Shown here: piece by piece, positions 35,952-45,804 of the stretch | Layout: the number at the start of each line of letters is the position of its first letter | Position numbering within the stretch: position 1 is the first letter of the stretch | NCBI GenBank assembly: GCA_035934535.1 | Contig: DASYXS010000005.1 | Location: 6,707-70,706 of the forward strand | Origin: a bacterium | Lineage (GTDB): Bacteria > Sysuimicrobiota > Sysuimicrobiia > Sysuimicrobiales > Segetimicrobiaceae | Direction: 5' to 3' | DNA: 64,000 bases | Made by a program: the position numbers and the translations under genes | Notes under the pieces: model-generated | Told to the model about the DNA's origin: nothing | Databases searched by the model: none | Seen by the model: only the letters and a program-made list of their open reading frames with translations

Positions 35952-37262
35952 ATGATGCGGTGCGGCCGTCTTGTGGTTGGAGTCATCGCGGTCTTGGCGA
36001 TCTGTCTAGGAACGGGACTGCCCCGCGGGGCCGGTGTGCCCGCGGCCACGGCCGCGGCCGGCTGGATGCTGCCGGCCGGTCCGATCACGATCGGTGAATG
36101 GGACGGCGGTGACGGCACCAAGTCGCATCTGCTGATGGACCTGATCGCCCAGTACGAGAAGATGCATCCGAACATCAAGATCCAGTTCGAGACGGACGTG
36201 AAATCGCTGACCGTCGCCGCGGCCGTCGCGGCCGGCACGGCGCCCGTGATTTTCGAAGCCCCGGACTCCGTCCTGCCAAAGTATATCGCCGCCGGGGCGC
36301 TCGAGCCGCTGCCGCCCGCGGCCTGGGGAAAGCCGAACGTGGACGGCGTGCTCACGCTCTACCTGCCGCACGTCCTCGACGGCTTCATGGCCGGCCACAC
36401 ACTGTACGCGGTGCCGGACCAGATGAACGCGCACAGCCTTTGGATCAACAACCGGCTCTTCCGCGAAGCGGGCCTGGACCCGGTGAAGGACGCGCCCAAG
36501 ACGTGGGCCGACGTCGCCCGGCTGAATGCGAAGCTCACAAAGAAGCAGGGGGACAGGATCACGCAGAAGGGCTTTGAGTTTCGCTACATCTGCGACGACG
36601 GGCACTGGGAAGCGCAGCTGTTCCAGGCCCTGGTGTACCAGGCCGGTGGGCAGGTCCTTCAGGACGGCAGGCCGGTGTTTAACGGTCCCGCGGGCATCGA
36701 GGCGCTCAACACGTGGAAGAGCCTCGTCACAGCACCCCAGGTGACGCAAAACACCTGCTCTTCGCCGTACCAGGACTTTGCCGTGGAGCAGGATGCGATG
36801 ACCTTCGCCGGGCCCAACGGCGGACCCGTGTTCGAACAGGTCAATCCTAAAATGAAGGGCAACATGACCGTCGTCCCGCTTCCGCAGATCCGGCCGGACC
36901 ACCCCGTGACTCTCATCTACTCGTTCAACTGGACCGTGAACGCGCGGGCGTCGGCGGCGCAGAAGCGCGTGGCCTGGGATCTCATTCACTTCTTCAGCAC
37001 GCAGCCGACGCTGTGGTGGACGAGAATCGGGTTCCTGCAGGGCGCCGAGGGATGGTACAAGACCCCGGAAGCGCAGCGGACGCCGTTCTTGAACGTATTC
37101 AACCACGATCTGTCGGTGGGCCGGCCGGTGCCGCGAACCACCCACTATCCCGAACTGCAGGCCACGCTGAAGCGAATGATGGATCGGGTGATCTTGAACA
37201 ACGCCGATCCGAAGCAGGCCCTGGATCAGGCCGCCGACGAGTACACGCGGGCGGCCCGGTGA
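35952..37262 (+). CDS. ABC transporter substrate-binding protein (CUT1/extracellular solute-binding family 1)
   Basis: Signal peptide/lipobox-like N-terminus (MMRCGRLVVGVIAVLAICLGTG); 436 aa; paralog of 41146-42453. Confidence 0.8.
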   Translation: MMRCGRLVVGVIAVLAICLGTGLPRGAGVPAATAAAGWMLPAGPITIGEWDGGDGTKSHLLMDLIAQYEKMHPNIKIQFETDVKSLTVAAAVAAGTAPVIFEAPDSVLPKYIAAGALEPLPPAAWGKPNVDGVLTLYLPHVLDGFMAGHTLYAVPDQMNAHSLWINNRLFREAGLDPVKDAPKTWADVARLNAKLTKKQGDRITQKGFEFRYICDDGHWEAQLFQALVYQAGGQVLQDGRPVFNGPAGIEALNTWKSLVTAPQVTQNTCSSPYQDFAVEQDAMTFAGPNGGPVFEQVNPKMKGNMTVVPLPQIRPDHPVTLIYSFNWTVNARASAAQKRVAWDLIHFFSTQPTLWWTRIGFLQGAEGWYKTPEAQRTPFLNVFNHDLSVGRPVPRTTHYPELQATLKRMMDRVILNNADPKQALDQAADEYTRAAR

Positions 37263-37272
37263 CCCACAGAGG

Positions 37273-38298
37273 ATGACGCCCCGAACGATCGACGTCCATT
37301 TCCACGTCGTGCCGCCGGAGTTCTACGAGGCGGTGCGGCGCGGCCAATTCCGCGAGTTCGTGGAGATCGAGCGGCGCGGGGGCGTGGAGCGTATGGTGTA
37401 CCATGCGCCTCCCGGCGTGGTGCTGGAACCCGACAACGAGATCGACACGCGGTGCTCCGACGCCCGCCTGATGCTCGAAGGCCTCGACCGGCGGGAGCTG
37501 GACGCCGCGGCGATCGGCCCGTCGCCGGGCCAGTTCTACTACTGGGCCGATCCCGAGCTCGCCGAGCAGATCGCCCGCGTGATCAACGACGGCATCGCCG
37601 CGCTGGCCAGGGCGCACCCGGACCGGATGTTCCCCATGGGCTCGCTGCCGATGCAGGATGGTGAACGGGCCGCGCGCGAGCTCGAGCGCGCCGTCACGCG
37701 GCTCGGCCTGTGCGCGTTCGAGATCTGCACGCACATCAACGGGACGGACCTCGACGATCCGCGGTTCGCGCCGGTGTTCGCGGCGGCGGCGCGGCACGGG
37801 ACGCCGATCTTCCTGCACCCGCAGAACTGGGGCGAGATGCGGCGCCTCAAGGACTACCACCTCTGGAACCTGGCAGGCTTTCCGTTTGAGACCGGCCTCG
37901 CGGCGGCGCGCCTGATCGCCGGCGGCGTCTTCGAGCGCAACCCGGAGCTCAAGATCGTCCTCGCGCACGGCGGCGGCTACTTTCCGTATCAGATCGGCCG
38001 CCTCGACCACGGCTACAAGGTGCGCGCGGAGCTGCACGACCGGCTGCCGAAGCCGCCGAGCGCCTACCTCGGCGGCATCTACTGCGACACCCTCACCCAC
38101 AACACGACGGCGCTCCGGTTTCTGGTAGAGCGCATGGGCGACGACCACGTCGTGATCGGCACGGACTACCCGTTCGACATGGGAGACGAGACGCCGGTCG
38201 AGAGCGTGCGCGCGTGCCGGCTCGGACCGGAGCGGGAAGCCAACGTGCTGGGACGCAATCTGGCGCGCCTGCTGCGGGCGGGGCCGGCGGCGCGGTGA
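37273..38298 (+). CDS. Amidohydrolase_2 family metal-dependent hydrolase/decarboxylase (ACMSD-like)
   Basis: HxH at N-terminus (IDVHFHVVPPEF), conserved His/Asp ligands (HPQNW..., LAHGGGYFPY, GTDYPFDMGDE); embedded inside the ABC transporter operon. Confidence 0.8.
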   Translation: MTPRTIDVHFHVVPPEFYEAVRRGQFREFVEIERRGGVERMVYHAPPGVVLEPDNEIDTRCSDARLMLEGLDRRELDAAAIGPSPGQFYYWADPELAEQIARVINDGIAALARAHPDRMFPMGSLPMQDGERAARELERAVTRLGLCAFEICTHINGTDLDDPRFAPVFAAAARHGTPIFLHPQNWGEMRRLKDYHLWNLAGFPFETGLAAARLIAGGVFERNPELKIVLAHGGGYFPYQIGRLDHGYKVRAELHDRLPKPPSAYLGGIYCDTLTHNTTALRFLVERMGDDHVVIGTDYPFDMGDETPVESVRACRLGPEREANVLGRNLARLLRAGPAAR

Positions 38299-39254
38299 TC
38301 GACGCGGGGACGTCTCCGCCCGTGGGGGGCCGGTCGGCCGGCCTGCCGGCTCGGGCCGGGCGCGGCGCCCGCCGGTCGTGGCTGCGGTCCGCGGAAGCGC
38401 GGCACCAGGCGTGGGGGTATCTGTTCCTCGCGCCGATGTTCCTGCTGCTCGTCGTCTTCAAGTTCATTCCGATGATTCAGGCCTTCTACCTGAGCTTCAC
38501 GAACTACGATCTCCTGAGTCCGCCGAAGTTCGTGGGCCTACGGAACTACGTGGCGCTGCTCGGCGACCCGCTCTTCCATCAATCGGTCGACGTCACCCTC
38601 TACTACGTCTTCGGCACCTGCGTGTTCATCTGGTTTCTGTCGCTCGCGATGGCGCTCGTGTTCAACGCCCCGCTGCCCGGCCGGAACATCCTGCGGACGG
38701 TGTACTTTCTGCCGGCGATCGTGCCCGTCGTCGTCTACGCGGTGATCTGGCTGTTCTTGTTCCATCCGTACGGCCTGCTGAACGTCGCGCTCCAAACGAT
38801 CGGCCTCCGGCCGGTGCAGTGGCTCTCGGATACCCGCGCGGTGATGCCCGGGTTCATCCTCGCGGCGCTGTGGCGCTTCGTCCCATACTTCATGATCATC
38901 TACCTCGCCGGGCTGCAGAACATCCCGAACGAGTACTACGAGGCGGCGGCGATCGACGGGGCGGCGGGCGCGCAGGCCTTCCGGTATGTGACGCTGCCGC
39001 TGCTGCGGCCGACGATCCTGCTCGTGGTCGTCATCTCGCTCATCTTGATGTCCAAGGTCTTCACGAACGTGCTGATCATCACCGGCGGCGGGCCGGACGG
39101 CGCGACGCGCGTGCTGTCGCTGTTCATCTACCAGACCGGGTTCCAATTTTTCAAGATGGGCCTCGCCAGCGCCGCGTCGATATTCCTCCTGCTCGGCACG
39201 ATGACGTTTACGCTCCTGCAGCTGCGCTTCTTCCGGGACGATGCCCGTGGATAG
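38295..39254 (+). CDS. Carbohydrate-type ABC transporter permease (MalF/UgpA-like)
   Basis: GTG 38295 in GTGA overlap with upstream stop (ORF extends in-frame from 38214); 6-TM permease with EAA loop. Confidence 0.75.
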   Translation: MIDAGTSPPVGGRSAGLPARAGRGARRSWLRSAEARHQAWGYLFLAPMFLLLVVFKFIPMIQAFYLSFTNYDLLSPPKFVGLRNYVALLGDPLFHQSVDVTLYYVFGTCVFIWFLSLAMALVFNAPLPGRNILRTVYFLPAIVPVVVYAVIWLFLFHPYGLLNVALQTIGLRPVQWLSDTRAVMPGFILAALWRFVPYFMIIYLAGLQNIPNEYYEAAAIDGAAGAQAFRYVTLPLLRPTILLVVVISLILMSKVFTNVLIITGGGPDGATRVLSLFIYQTGFQFFKMGLASAASIFLLLGTMTFTLLQLRFFRDDARG

Positions 39255-40074
39255 GCGCCAGAGCGCGCTCTACTGGGCCGGCGTCCTGCTGGTCGCGGCC
39301 TGGGGCTTCGTCCAGCTGCTGCCGATTCTCTGGATGGTCTCGACGTCGCTCAAGCCGCTCCGAACGGTCTTCGCCCTTCCGATTCAGTGGATCCCGCGGC
39401 CGCCGGAATGGGCGAACTATCCTGAGGCCTGGGGCCAGTTCCCGTTCGCGCGGTACTTTGCCAACAGCTTCATCGTCTCGCTGTCGGTCACGGTGCTGAA
39501 CGTCGTGCTCGCCGGCATGGCGGGGTACAGTCTCGCGAAGTACCGCTACTTCGGCCAGCGGGCGCTCTTTATCGCCGTGTTGAGCACCTTGATGCTGCCG
39601 CTCGAGGTGCTGATGGTGCCGACGTTCATCATCGTCAAGAACTTCGGCTGGCTCAACACCTACCAGGGGCTCATCGTCCCGGTGGTCGCGGATGCGTTTG
39701 GGATCTTCCTCATGCGGCAGTACATGCTGAGCCTGCCGGACTCGCTGGTCGAGGCCGCCCGCATCGACGGCGCGGGCGAGCTCGGCACCTACTTCCGGAT
39801 CGTGGTGCCGCTCACGTGGCCGGCGGTCCTGACCCTCGCGATCTTCACCTGGCGCGAGACCTGGGACGCGTTCGTGTGGCCGTTCATCATCATCACCGAC
39901 GACCGGCTCCGGACGATCCCGATCGGCCTGCAGCGCTTTCAGGAGGAGTACGTCACGACCTACAACTCGGTCATGGCCATTTCGACGATTGCCATGATCC
40001 CGATGGTGCTGCTGTTTTTCTTCTTCCAGCGCGCGTTCATTCGCGGTATTGCGCTGTCCGGCCTCAAGGAATGA
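39241..40074 (+). CDS. Carbohydrate-type ABC transporter permease (MalG/UgpE-like)
   Basis: 277 aa; EAA motif region (EAARIDGAGELGTYFRIVVPL). Confidence 0.8.
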   Translation: MPVDRRQSALYWAGVLLVAAWGFVQLLPILWMVSTSLKPLRTVFALPIQWIPRPPEWANYPEAWGQFPFARYFANSFIVSLSVTVLNVVLAGMAGYSLAKYRYFGQRALFIAVLSTLMLPLEVLMVPTFIIVKNFGWLNTYQGLIVPVVADAFGIFLMRQYMLSLPDSLVEAARIDGAGELGTYFRIVVPLTWPAVLTLAIFTWRETWDAFVWPFIIITDDRLRTIPIGLQRFQEEYVTTYNSVMAISTIAMIPMVLLFFFFQRAFIRGIALSGLKE

Positions 40075-41153
40075 CGTCTCGCGAGGCCCAGGAGGCCGCC
40101 GTGGCGGCGGAAGTCCCGCGCAAGACGAGAGAGGTGCCGGCGATGCGACCCAGCGATCTTCCGAGCGCGACCCAGAGCCCGCGCTTCTCGGGCATCCGGA
40201 CGTTCATGCGGCTGCCCTGGGCCGCGGACCTGCGGGAGGCCGGCGTGCAGGTCGCCATCATGGGCATCCCGTTCGACACCGCGGCGAGCTTCCGGACGGG
40301 GGCGCGCTTCGGGCCGTCGGCGATCCGCGACATCTCCGTGCTGCTGCGCCCGTCCAACCAGTTCCACCGGATCAACGCGCTCGACGCGCTGCGCGTCGTC
40401 GACCGCGGCGACGTCGCGGTCGTGCCCGGCGACATCGCGCGGACCTACGCGAACATCGAAGAGGAGTGGGCGCGGTGCGCCGCCGCGGGGGTCGTGCCGA
40501 TCGGCCTCGGCGGTGACCACTCCGTCACGCTCGGGGAACTGCGCGCGCTGGCCCGGCGGGACGGGCCGCTCGCGCTCGTCCAGTTCGACTCGCACACCGA
40601 CACCTGGGACAACTACTGGGGGGTGCGCTATACGCACGGGACCGGGTTCCGGCGGGCGTGCGAAGAGGGCCTCATCGAGACGGCCCGCTCGATCCAGGTC
40701 GGGCTGCGGGGCAGCGAGTACGCCCCGGGCGACCTCGACGAGAACCGGCGGCTGGGCTTCGAGGTGCTGCTGGCGCCGGATCTGCTGACGATGTCGCCGA
40801 TCGAGGTGGCGGCGGCGATCCGGCGGCGTGTGGGCGCGGGGCCCGCGTTTCTCAGCTTCGATATCGACTTTTTCGACCCGGCGTTCGCGCCCGGCACCGG
40901 CACGCCGGAAGCCGGGGGGCCCACCAGCGCCTTCGGGCTGCAGGTCGTGCGCCATCTCGCCGGCATTCCGTTTGTCGGGTACGACGTCGTGGAGGTGCTG
41001 CCGGCGCACGATTCCGCCGCGATCACGGCGCTGCTGGCGGCCACGGTCGTCTTCGAGTTTCTCGCGTTGATCGCGCTGTCGAGATCGGGCGCGCGGACAG
41101 AAGCGGCGGTACAGGCGCCCATAGCCACCGCGGGAGGTGACGGACATGAGTAA
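40071..41153 (+). CDS. Arginase/agmatinase family ureohydrolase (agmatinase/guanidino-acid hydrolase-like)
   Basis: ATGA overlap start (MTSREAQEA...); Mn-binding motifs GGDHS, DSHTDTW, SFDIDFFDPAFAPGTGTPE; 360 aa. Confidence 0.8.
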   Translation: MTSREAQEAAVAAEVPRKTREVPAMRPSDLPSATQSPRFSGIRTFMRLPWAADLREAGVQVAIMGIPFDTAASFRTGARFGPSAIRDISVLLRPSNQFHRINALDALRVVDRGDVAVVPGDIARTYANIEEEWARCAAAGVVPIGLGGDHSVTLGELRALARRDGPLALVQFDSHTDTWDNYWGVRYTHGTGFRRACEEGLIETARSIQVGLRGSEYAPGDLDENRRLGFEVLLAPDLLTMSPIEVAAAIRRRVGAGPAFLSFDIDFFDPAFAPGTGTPEAGGPTSAFGLQVVRHLAGIPFVGYDVVEVLPAHDSAAITALLAATVVFEFLALIALSRSGARTEAAVQAPIATAGGDGHE

Positions 41154-42453
41154 TCGATTCGGACGCCGCGAACTGCTTCGGGCCGGCGGCGCGGCGGCGG
41201 CGATGGCGGTGGGCGGACTGCTGCCCGCCGGCGCCGGTGCCGCGGATTGGGTGCTGCCGCGGCATCCGGTTACCATCACTTACTGGGACTCCGTCGAAAA
41301 CGTCAAGAACGAATTGATGGTGAAGACCCTGATCCCTGAGTACACGCGCCTGCACCGGAACGTCACGATCAAGTACGAGCCGGTCCCGGATCTGCAGTCC
41401 AAGCTCCTCGTCGCCCTCAGCACCGGGACCGCGGCGGACGTCTTCTCGACCTCGGACTGGTTTCTCCCGAAGTTCTTCGAAGCCCGGGTGCTGGATCCGC
41501 TGCCGCCCGCGGCGTGGGGCCAGAGCAGCGTCTCCGGCGTGCTCCGCACGTATCTGCCGCACATGCTGGACGCGCAGACGGACGGCGGCCGGCTCTACGC
41601 GGTGCCGGCACAGGAGAATGCGCACAGCCTGTTCATCAACAACCGGCTGTTCCGCGAGGCGGGGCTGGATCCGGTGAACGATGCGCCCAAGACCTGGATC
41701 GACGTGGCCCGCCTGAACAAGATCCTGACCAAGCGGCAGGGGGACCAGCTCGTCCAAAAAGGCTGGGAGATGCGCTACATCAACGACGACGGCCATTGGC
41801 AGGCGCAGATGTTTCAGATCCTGCTGTACCAGGCCGGCGGCGAGATGACCCGCGACGGGCGGCCGGTGTTCAACAGCGACGCGGGCGTGCGGGCGCTCAC
41901 GGTGTGGAAGAGCGTGACGATCGATCCGCGGATCACGCACAACACGGGCGGATCGCCGTACCAGGACTTCGCGGTCGAACAGGACGCCATGACGTTCGCC
42001 GGGCCCAACGCCGGCGCATCGATCGAGAAGATCAACCCCAAGATGGCGGGCAACTACACGGTCGCGCCGCTGCCCCAGATCCGCGCCGGCAGCCCGGCGA
42101 CGATCGTGTACTCGTTCAATTGGGCCGTGAACGCCAAAGCCCCGGAGGAGCAGCGCCGCGTGGCGTGGGACTTCGTGCACTTCGTCAGCACCCGGCCGGC
42201 GCTCTTCATGGCGACGGCCCGGTATCTGCAGCCGGTGAAGGGCTGGTACGATACGCCGGCGGCCCGGCAGGTGCCGTTCCTCGGCGTGTTCGTTCACGAT
42301 TTGTCGATCGGCCGGCCGCTGGCGCGGTCGACGCACTATCCTGAGCTGCAGTCCTCGATCGTCCGGATGATCGAGCGTGTGATCCTCAACAACGCGGACG
42401 CCAAGCAGGCACTCGATCAGGCGGCCGCAGAGTACGCGGCGGCGTCACGGTAG
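41146..42453 (+). CDS. ABC transporter substrate-binding protein (CUT1 family) with Tat-like signal
   Basis: ATG 41146 after GGAGGTG RBS (MSNRFGRRELLRAGGAAAAMAVGG); long conserved blocks with 35952-37262 (NAHSL[WF]INNRLFREAGLDPV, KTW.DVARLN). Confidence 0.8.
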   Translation: MSNRFGRRELLRAGGAAAAMAVGGLLPAGAGAADWVLPRHPVTITYWDSVENVKNELMVKTLIPEYTRLHRNVTIKYEPVPDLQSKLLVALSTGTAADVFSTSDWFLPKFFEARVLDPLPPAAWGQSSVSGVLRTYLPHMLDAQTDGGRLYAVPAQENAHSLFINNRLFREAGLDPVNDAPKTWIDVARLNKILTKRQGDQLVQKGWEMRYINDDGHWQAQMFQILLYQAGGEMTRDGRPVFNSDAGVRALTVWKSVTIDPRITHNTGGSPYQDFAVEQDAMTFAGPNAGASIEKINPKMAGNYTVAPLPQIRAGSPATIVYSFNWAVNAKAPEEQRRVAWDFVHFVSTRPALFMATARYLQPVKGWYDTPAARQVPFLGVFVHDLSIGRPLARSTHYPELQSSIVRMIERVILNNADAKQALDQAAAEYAAASR

Positions 42454-42484
42454 GAGGACATGGCATGCCGCGCGGGAGCCGCAA

Positions 42485-43648
42485 CTATCCGTCCGGGCCG
42501 GTGGGAGGGGACGACATCCGCGGACCGATCGCCAGGGCCGCGGCGCCGAGGGGCAGCGCCAGGAGGAACGGCGCTGTGAGGCTGAAGCGCGCCACCGAAG
42601 CGCCCAGGAGCGGGCCGGCGAACAGCCCGATGTCGATCGCGCTGTTGTACACGCTCATGGCAGCCGTATAGTGATCCGGAGGGACGCGATGGGTCATGAG
42701 CATCGCGAACGTGACGGGCATGATGCCCCAGGCCGTGCCGTAGACGGCTCCCGCGGCGAGCAGCGGTGCCGCGCCGTGAAGCAGGGGAAGGGCGAGTTCC
42801 GTGCCGGCCATCCCGACGATGGCGCCGAGCATCAACCACCGGCCGTGCTCTCGGGCGACGAGCCGGCCGGTGGGGATCTGCATCACCGCGTACATGCCGC
42901 CTTGAATCGCGAAGATCCACCCGATGAACAGGACGGAGACGCCCTGCCGCGACACGTAGAGCGGCATGAAGGTCGTCCAGATTCCCGCCAGGCTGTAGCA
43001 CAGTAGAATGGCAACGCCGAGGCGTGCCACCGATGCCGTCGAGAGAAAGGCCGTGAAGTCGCGGAAGGACGCCCGGCCCGGGGTGGGGCGGGGCATGGGC
43101 CAGCCGGCCATCATGGGAATCGCCGCGAGGCTGAAGAGCGCCCCCAGCGCGAAGGGCGCGCCCTCGCCGGAATGCGCCGCTGCGAATCCGCCGATTGCGG
43201 GACCGAGCAGGGCGGCGAACGACGTGCACAGCCAGAAGACGCCAAAGGCCCGTCCGCGTCCCTCGGGCGTTGTGGAGTCGGCGACGGTCGCGTGGAGTGG
43301 CGGTACGAGCACGCCTCTCGCGGCGCCGACCGCCGCGAGGGCGGCCGCTACGAGCGGGCGGGCGTGGCCGATCGCGGCGACGCCGAGGCACAGCGCGTTC
43401 GCGCCGAAGGCGCCGAGCAACTGCCAGCGTCTCCCGATCGCCGCGGCGATCACGCCTGCCTGGAGCTCCACGAGCCCCATGGTGAGGCTGAAGACCCCCA
43501 CCACCAGCCCGATTTCGGCCAGACTGAACCCGAGATGGGCGAGATGCAGCGAAAGAATGGGCACGACCACTTGCCAGGACGCGCTTGCGCAGAATCCGGC
43601 GCCGCCCAGCACGAGGCTCGGCGCGCGACGCCGAGATGCCGTCTTCAT
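42485..43648 (-). CDS. MFS transporter
   Basis: 387 aa, 12 predicted TM segments, MFS-type G-x3-D/R-x-G-R-R loop (AIGRRWQLLG). Confidence 0.75.
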   Translation of the reverse strand: MKTASRRRAPSLVLGGAGFCASASWQVVVPILSLHLAHLGFSLAEIGLVVGVFSLTMGLVELQAGVIAAAIGRRWQLLGAFGANALCLGVAAIGHARPLVAAALAAVGAARGVLVPPLHATVADSTTPEGRGRAFGVFWLCTSFAALLGPAIGGFAAAHSGEGAPFALGALFSLAAIPMMAGWPMPRPTPGRASFRDFTAFLSTASVARLGVAILLCYSLAGIWTTFMPLYVSRQGVSVLFIGWIFAIQGGMYAVMQIPTGRLVAREHGRWLMLGAIVGMAGTELALPLLHGAAPLLAAGAVYGTAWGIMPVTFAMLMTHRVPPDHYTAAMSVYNSAIDIGLFAGPLLGASVARFSLTAPFLLALPLGAAALAIGPRMSSPPTGPDG

Positions 43649-43741
43649 GCTGACGTGTCGATTTCACCCGGCGCCTGACCGTTTCCTAGGTTGCGGCGGG
43701 GCGTGTACCGCGAATGCCAAATCAGCCGTGGAGGTGGGTGG

Positions 43742-44755
43742 GTGAGACCGACCGTGTTCGTCAGCCAGCCGATTCCCGAGCCGGGTCTCGAGATTCTGCG
43801 CGAGGTCGCGGAGGTCACGGTGTTTCCGCGCACCGACCGCAACATGACCGAGGAGGAATGGATCGTCGCCGCCGGCCGCTCCGACTACCTCTTCGTCATG
43901 GGCGGAAACATCATCACCGGCAACGTGATCAAGGCCAACCCCAAGCTGAAGGGCATTTTCATCGTGCACCGCCGGCTGCCCCAGAACCCCGCGATCGACC
44001 TCGAGACGGCGCGCGCGCTCGGCGTGCCGGTCGTTTTTCAAGCCCCGTGGGAGCCGATCTACGACCACATCGCGGATGCCACCGCCGACCTCACCGTGGC
44101 GATGCTGCTCGGCCTCGCCTACCGGATGGTCGACGCCGACCGCTATACCCGCTCCGGCCGCCCGCTGCAGGAGCACACGATGGCACTCATGGGGCCGGGC
44201 GTCGTCGGAAAGACCGTCGGCTTGTTCGGCCTCGGCATCGTGGCGAAGAAGATGGTCCCGCGCCTCCGGCCGTTCAAGGTCGACCTGCTCTATACGAAGC
44301 GTACCCGCCTCAAGCCCGAGGAGGAGCGCGCGATGGGCCTCGCCTGGGTCGCGGACAAGGACGAGCTGCTCCGGCGCAGCGATTTCTTCTGCCTCGAAGT
44401 CGACTACAACCCGCACAACCACAAGATCATCGGGGAACGGGAATTCGCGCTGATGAAGCCGACGGCGTACTTCATCAATACGGCGCGCGGCCGCCTCGTC
44501 GACGAGCCGGCGCTGGTGCGGGCGCTGCAGAACCACACGATCGCCGGCGCCGGATTGGACGTCTTCTGGCACGAGCCGCCGGGGTCGCCGGAGATGGCGC
44601 CGAGTCCGGAGTTCTTCACGATGGAGAACGTCATCCTCGCGCCTCACAACGGCGGGGCCACCTGGCTCGCCCGCGGCGAGCTGGCGAAAGGGACGGCGCG
44701 GCAGATCGTCGCGCTGATCGAGGGCAGGCGTCCGGACGGCTTGGTGCTGGACTAG
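43742..44755 (+). CDS. D-2-hydroxyacid dehydrogenase family NAD-binding oxidoreductase
   Basis: GTG 43742 after GGAGGTGG RBS (VRPTVFVSQPIP...); GLFGLGIVAKK NAD motif, NTARG, APHNGG; paralog of 31911-32894. Confidence 0.75.
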   Translation: MRPTVFVSQPIPEPGLEILREVAEVTVFPRTDRNMTEEEWIVAAGRSDYLFVMGGNIITGNVIKANPKLKGIFIVHRRLPQNPAIDLETARALGVPVVFQAPWEPIYDHIADATADLTVAMLLGLAYRMVDADRYTRSGRPLQEHTMALMGPGVVGKTVGLFGLGIVAKKMVPRLRPFKVDLLYTKRTRLKPEEERAMGLAWVADKDELLRRSDFFCLEVDYNPHNHKIIGEREFALMKPTAYFINTARGRLVDEPALVRALQNHTIAGAGLDVFWHEPPGSPEMAPSPEFFTMENVILAPHNGGATWLARGELAKGTARQIVALIEGRRPDGLVLD

Positions 44756-44771
44756 CGCTGTGCGTGCTCAG

Positions 44772-45782
44772 ATGACGCCGCGATCAATCGACGTCCATTT
44801 CCACGTGGTGCCGCCCGGCTTTGTCGACGCGGTCCGGCGCGGGGCGTTCGTGGAGACCGTCGAGTTCGAACGCGGCGGCGGCGCGGACCGGATGGTGTAC
44901 CATGCCCCGCCGGACGTCGTGCTCGAGCCGGGCACGACGCTGCCGCCGCACCTGTACGACGAGCGGCTGATCTTGGACGCGCTCGACCGGCGCGGGCTGG
45001 ACGCGGCCGCGCTCGGCCCGTCGCCCGAGGAGTTCTACTACTGGGCGCCGCCGGCGGTCGGCGCCCGCATCGCGGCGATCCAAAACGACGGCATGGCCGA
45101 GCTGGTGCGCGCGCACCCGGACCGGTTCGTCGGCCTCGCCACGCTGCCGATGCAGGATCCCGACCGGGCCGCCGCCGAGCTGGACCGCGCGGTCACGGAG
45201 CTGGGGCTGCGGGGCGCGGAAATCTGCACCCACATCAACGGCCGCGATCTCGATCATCCGAGCCTCCGGCCGGTGTACGCGGCGGCGGAGCGGCTCGGCG
45301 TGCCGCTGTTTCTGCATCCGCAGAACTGGGGCGACATGCGGCGGTTTCACGACTACGCGCTGTGGAACCTCGCCGGCTTTCCGTTGGAGACGGCGCTCGC
45401 GGCGTCCCACCTGATTATGGGCGGCGTCTTCGAGCAGTTTCCGAATCTCCGCGTCATCCTGGCGCACGGCGGCGGGTACCTGCCGTACCAGGTCGGCCGG
45501 CTCGACCACGGCTACGCCGCGCGGCGCGAGGTACACGAACGGCTGCCCCGCCGTCCCAGCGATTACCTCGCAAACTTCTATTTCGACAGCCTGACGCACA
45601 GCGCGCTGTCCCTGCGGTTTCTGCTGGACCGCATGGGCGACGGCCACGTCGTGCTCGGCAGCGACTATCCGTTCAACATGGGAGACGAGCGGCCGGTGGA
45701 CACCGTGCGGGCGCTCGGGCTCCCGCCGGACGTCGAAGCCAAAGTACTGGCGAAAAACCTCACGGGATTGCTCGGCCTATGA
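44772..45782 (+). CDS. Amidohydrolase_2 family hydrolase (second paralog)
   Basis: MTPRSIDVHFHVVPPGF... closely parallels 37273-38298 along its length; ORF extends in-frame from 44760. Confidence 0.8.
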   Translation: MTPRSIDVHFHVVPPGFVDAVRRGAFVETVEFERGGGADRMVYHAPPDVVLEPGTTLPPHLYDERLILDALDRRGLDAAALGPSPEEFYYWAPPAVGARIAAIQNDGMAELVRAHPDRFVGLATLPMQDPDRAAAELDRAVTELGLRGAEICTHINGRDLDHPSLRPVYAAAERLGVPLFLHPQNWGDMRRFHDYALWNLAGFPLETALAASHLIMGGVFEQFPNLRVILAHGGGYLPYQVGRLDHGYAARREVHERLPRRPSDYLANFYFDSLTHSALSLRFLLDRMGDGHVVLGSDYPFNMGDERPVDTVRALGLPPDVEAKVLAKNLTGLLGL

Positions 45783-45804
45783 TCACGGCAACGGGGGTGT
45801 CGGC

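Noticed and set aside
36181-36200. cGTGAAATCgc and 63641 GGAAATCAA as further repeat copies
   Set aside because: Short core-only matches without the conserved GC-rich arms. They fall in ordinary coding context.
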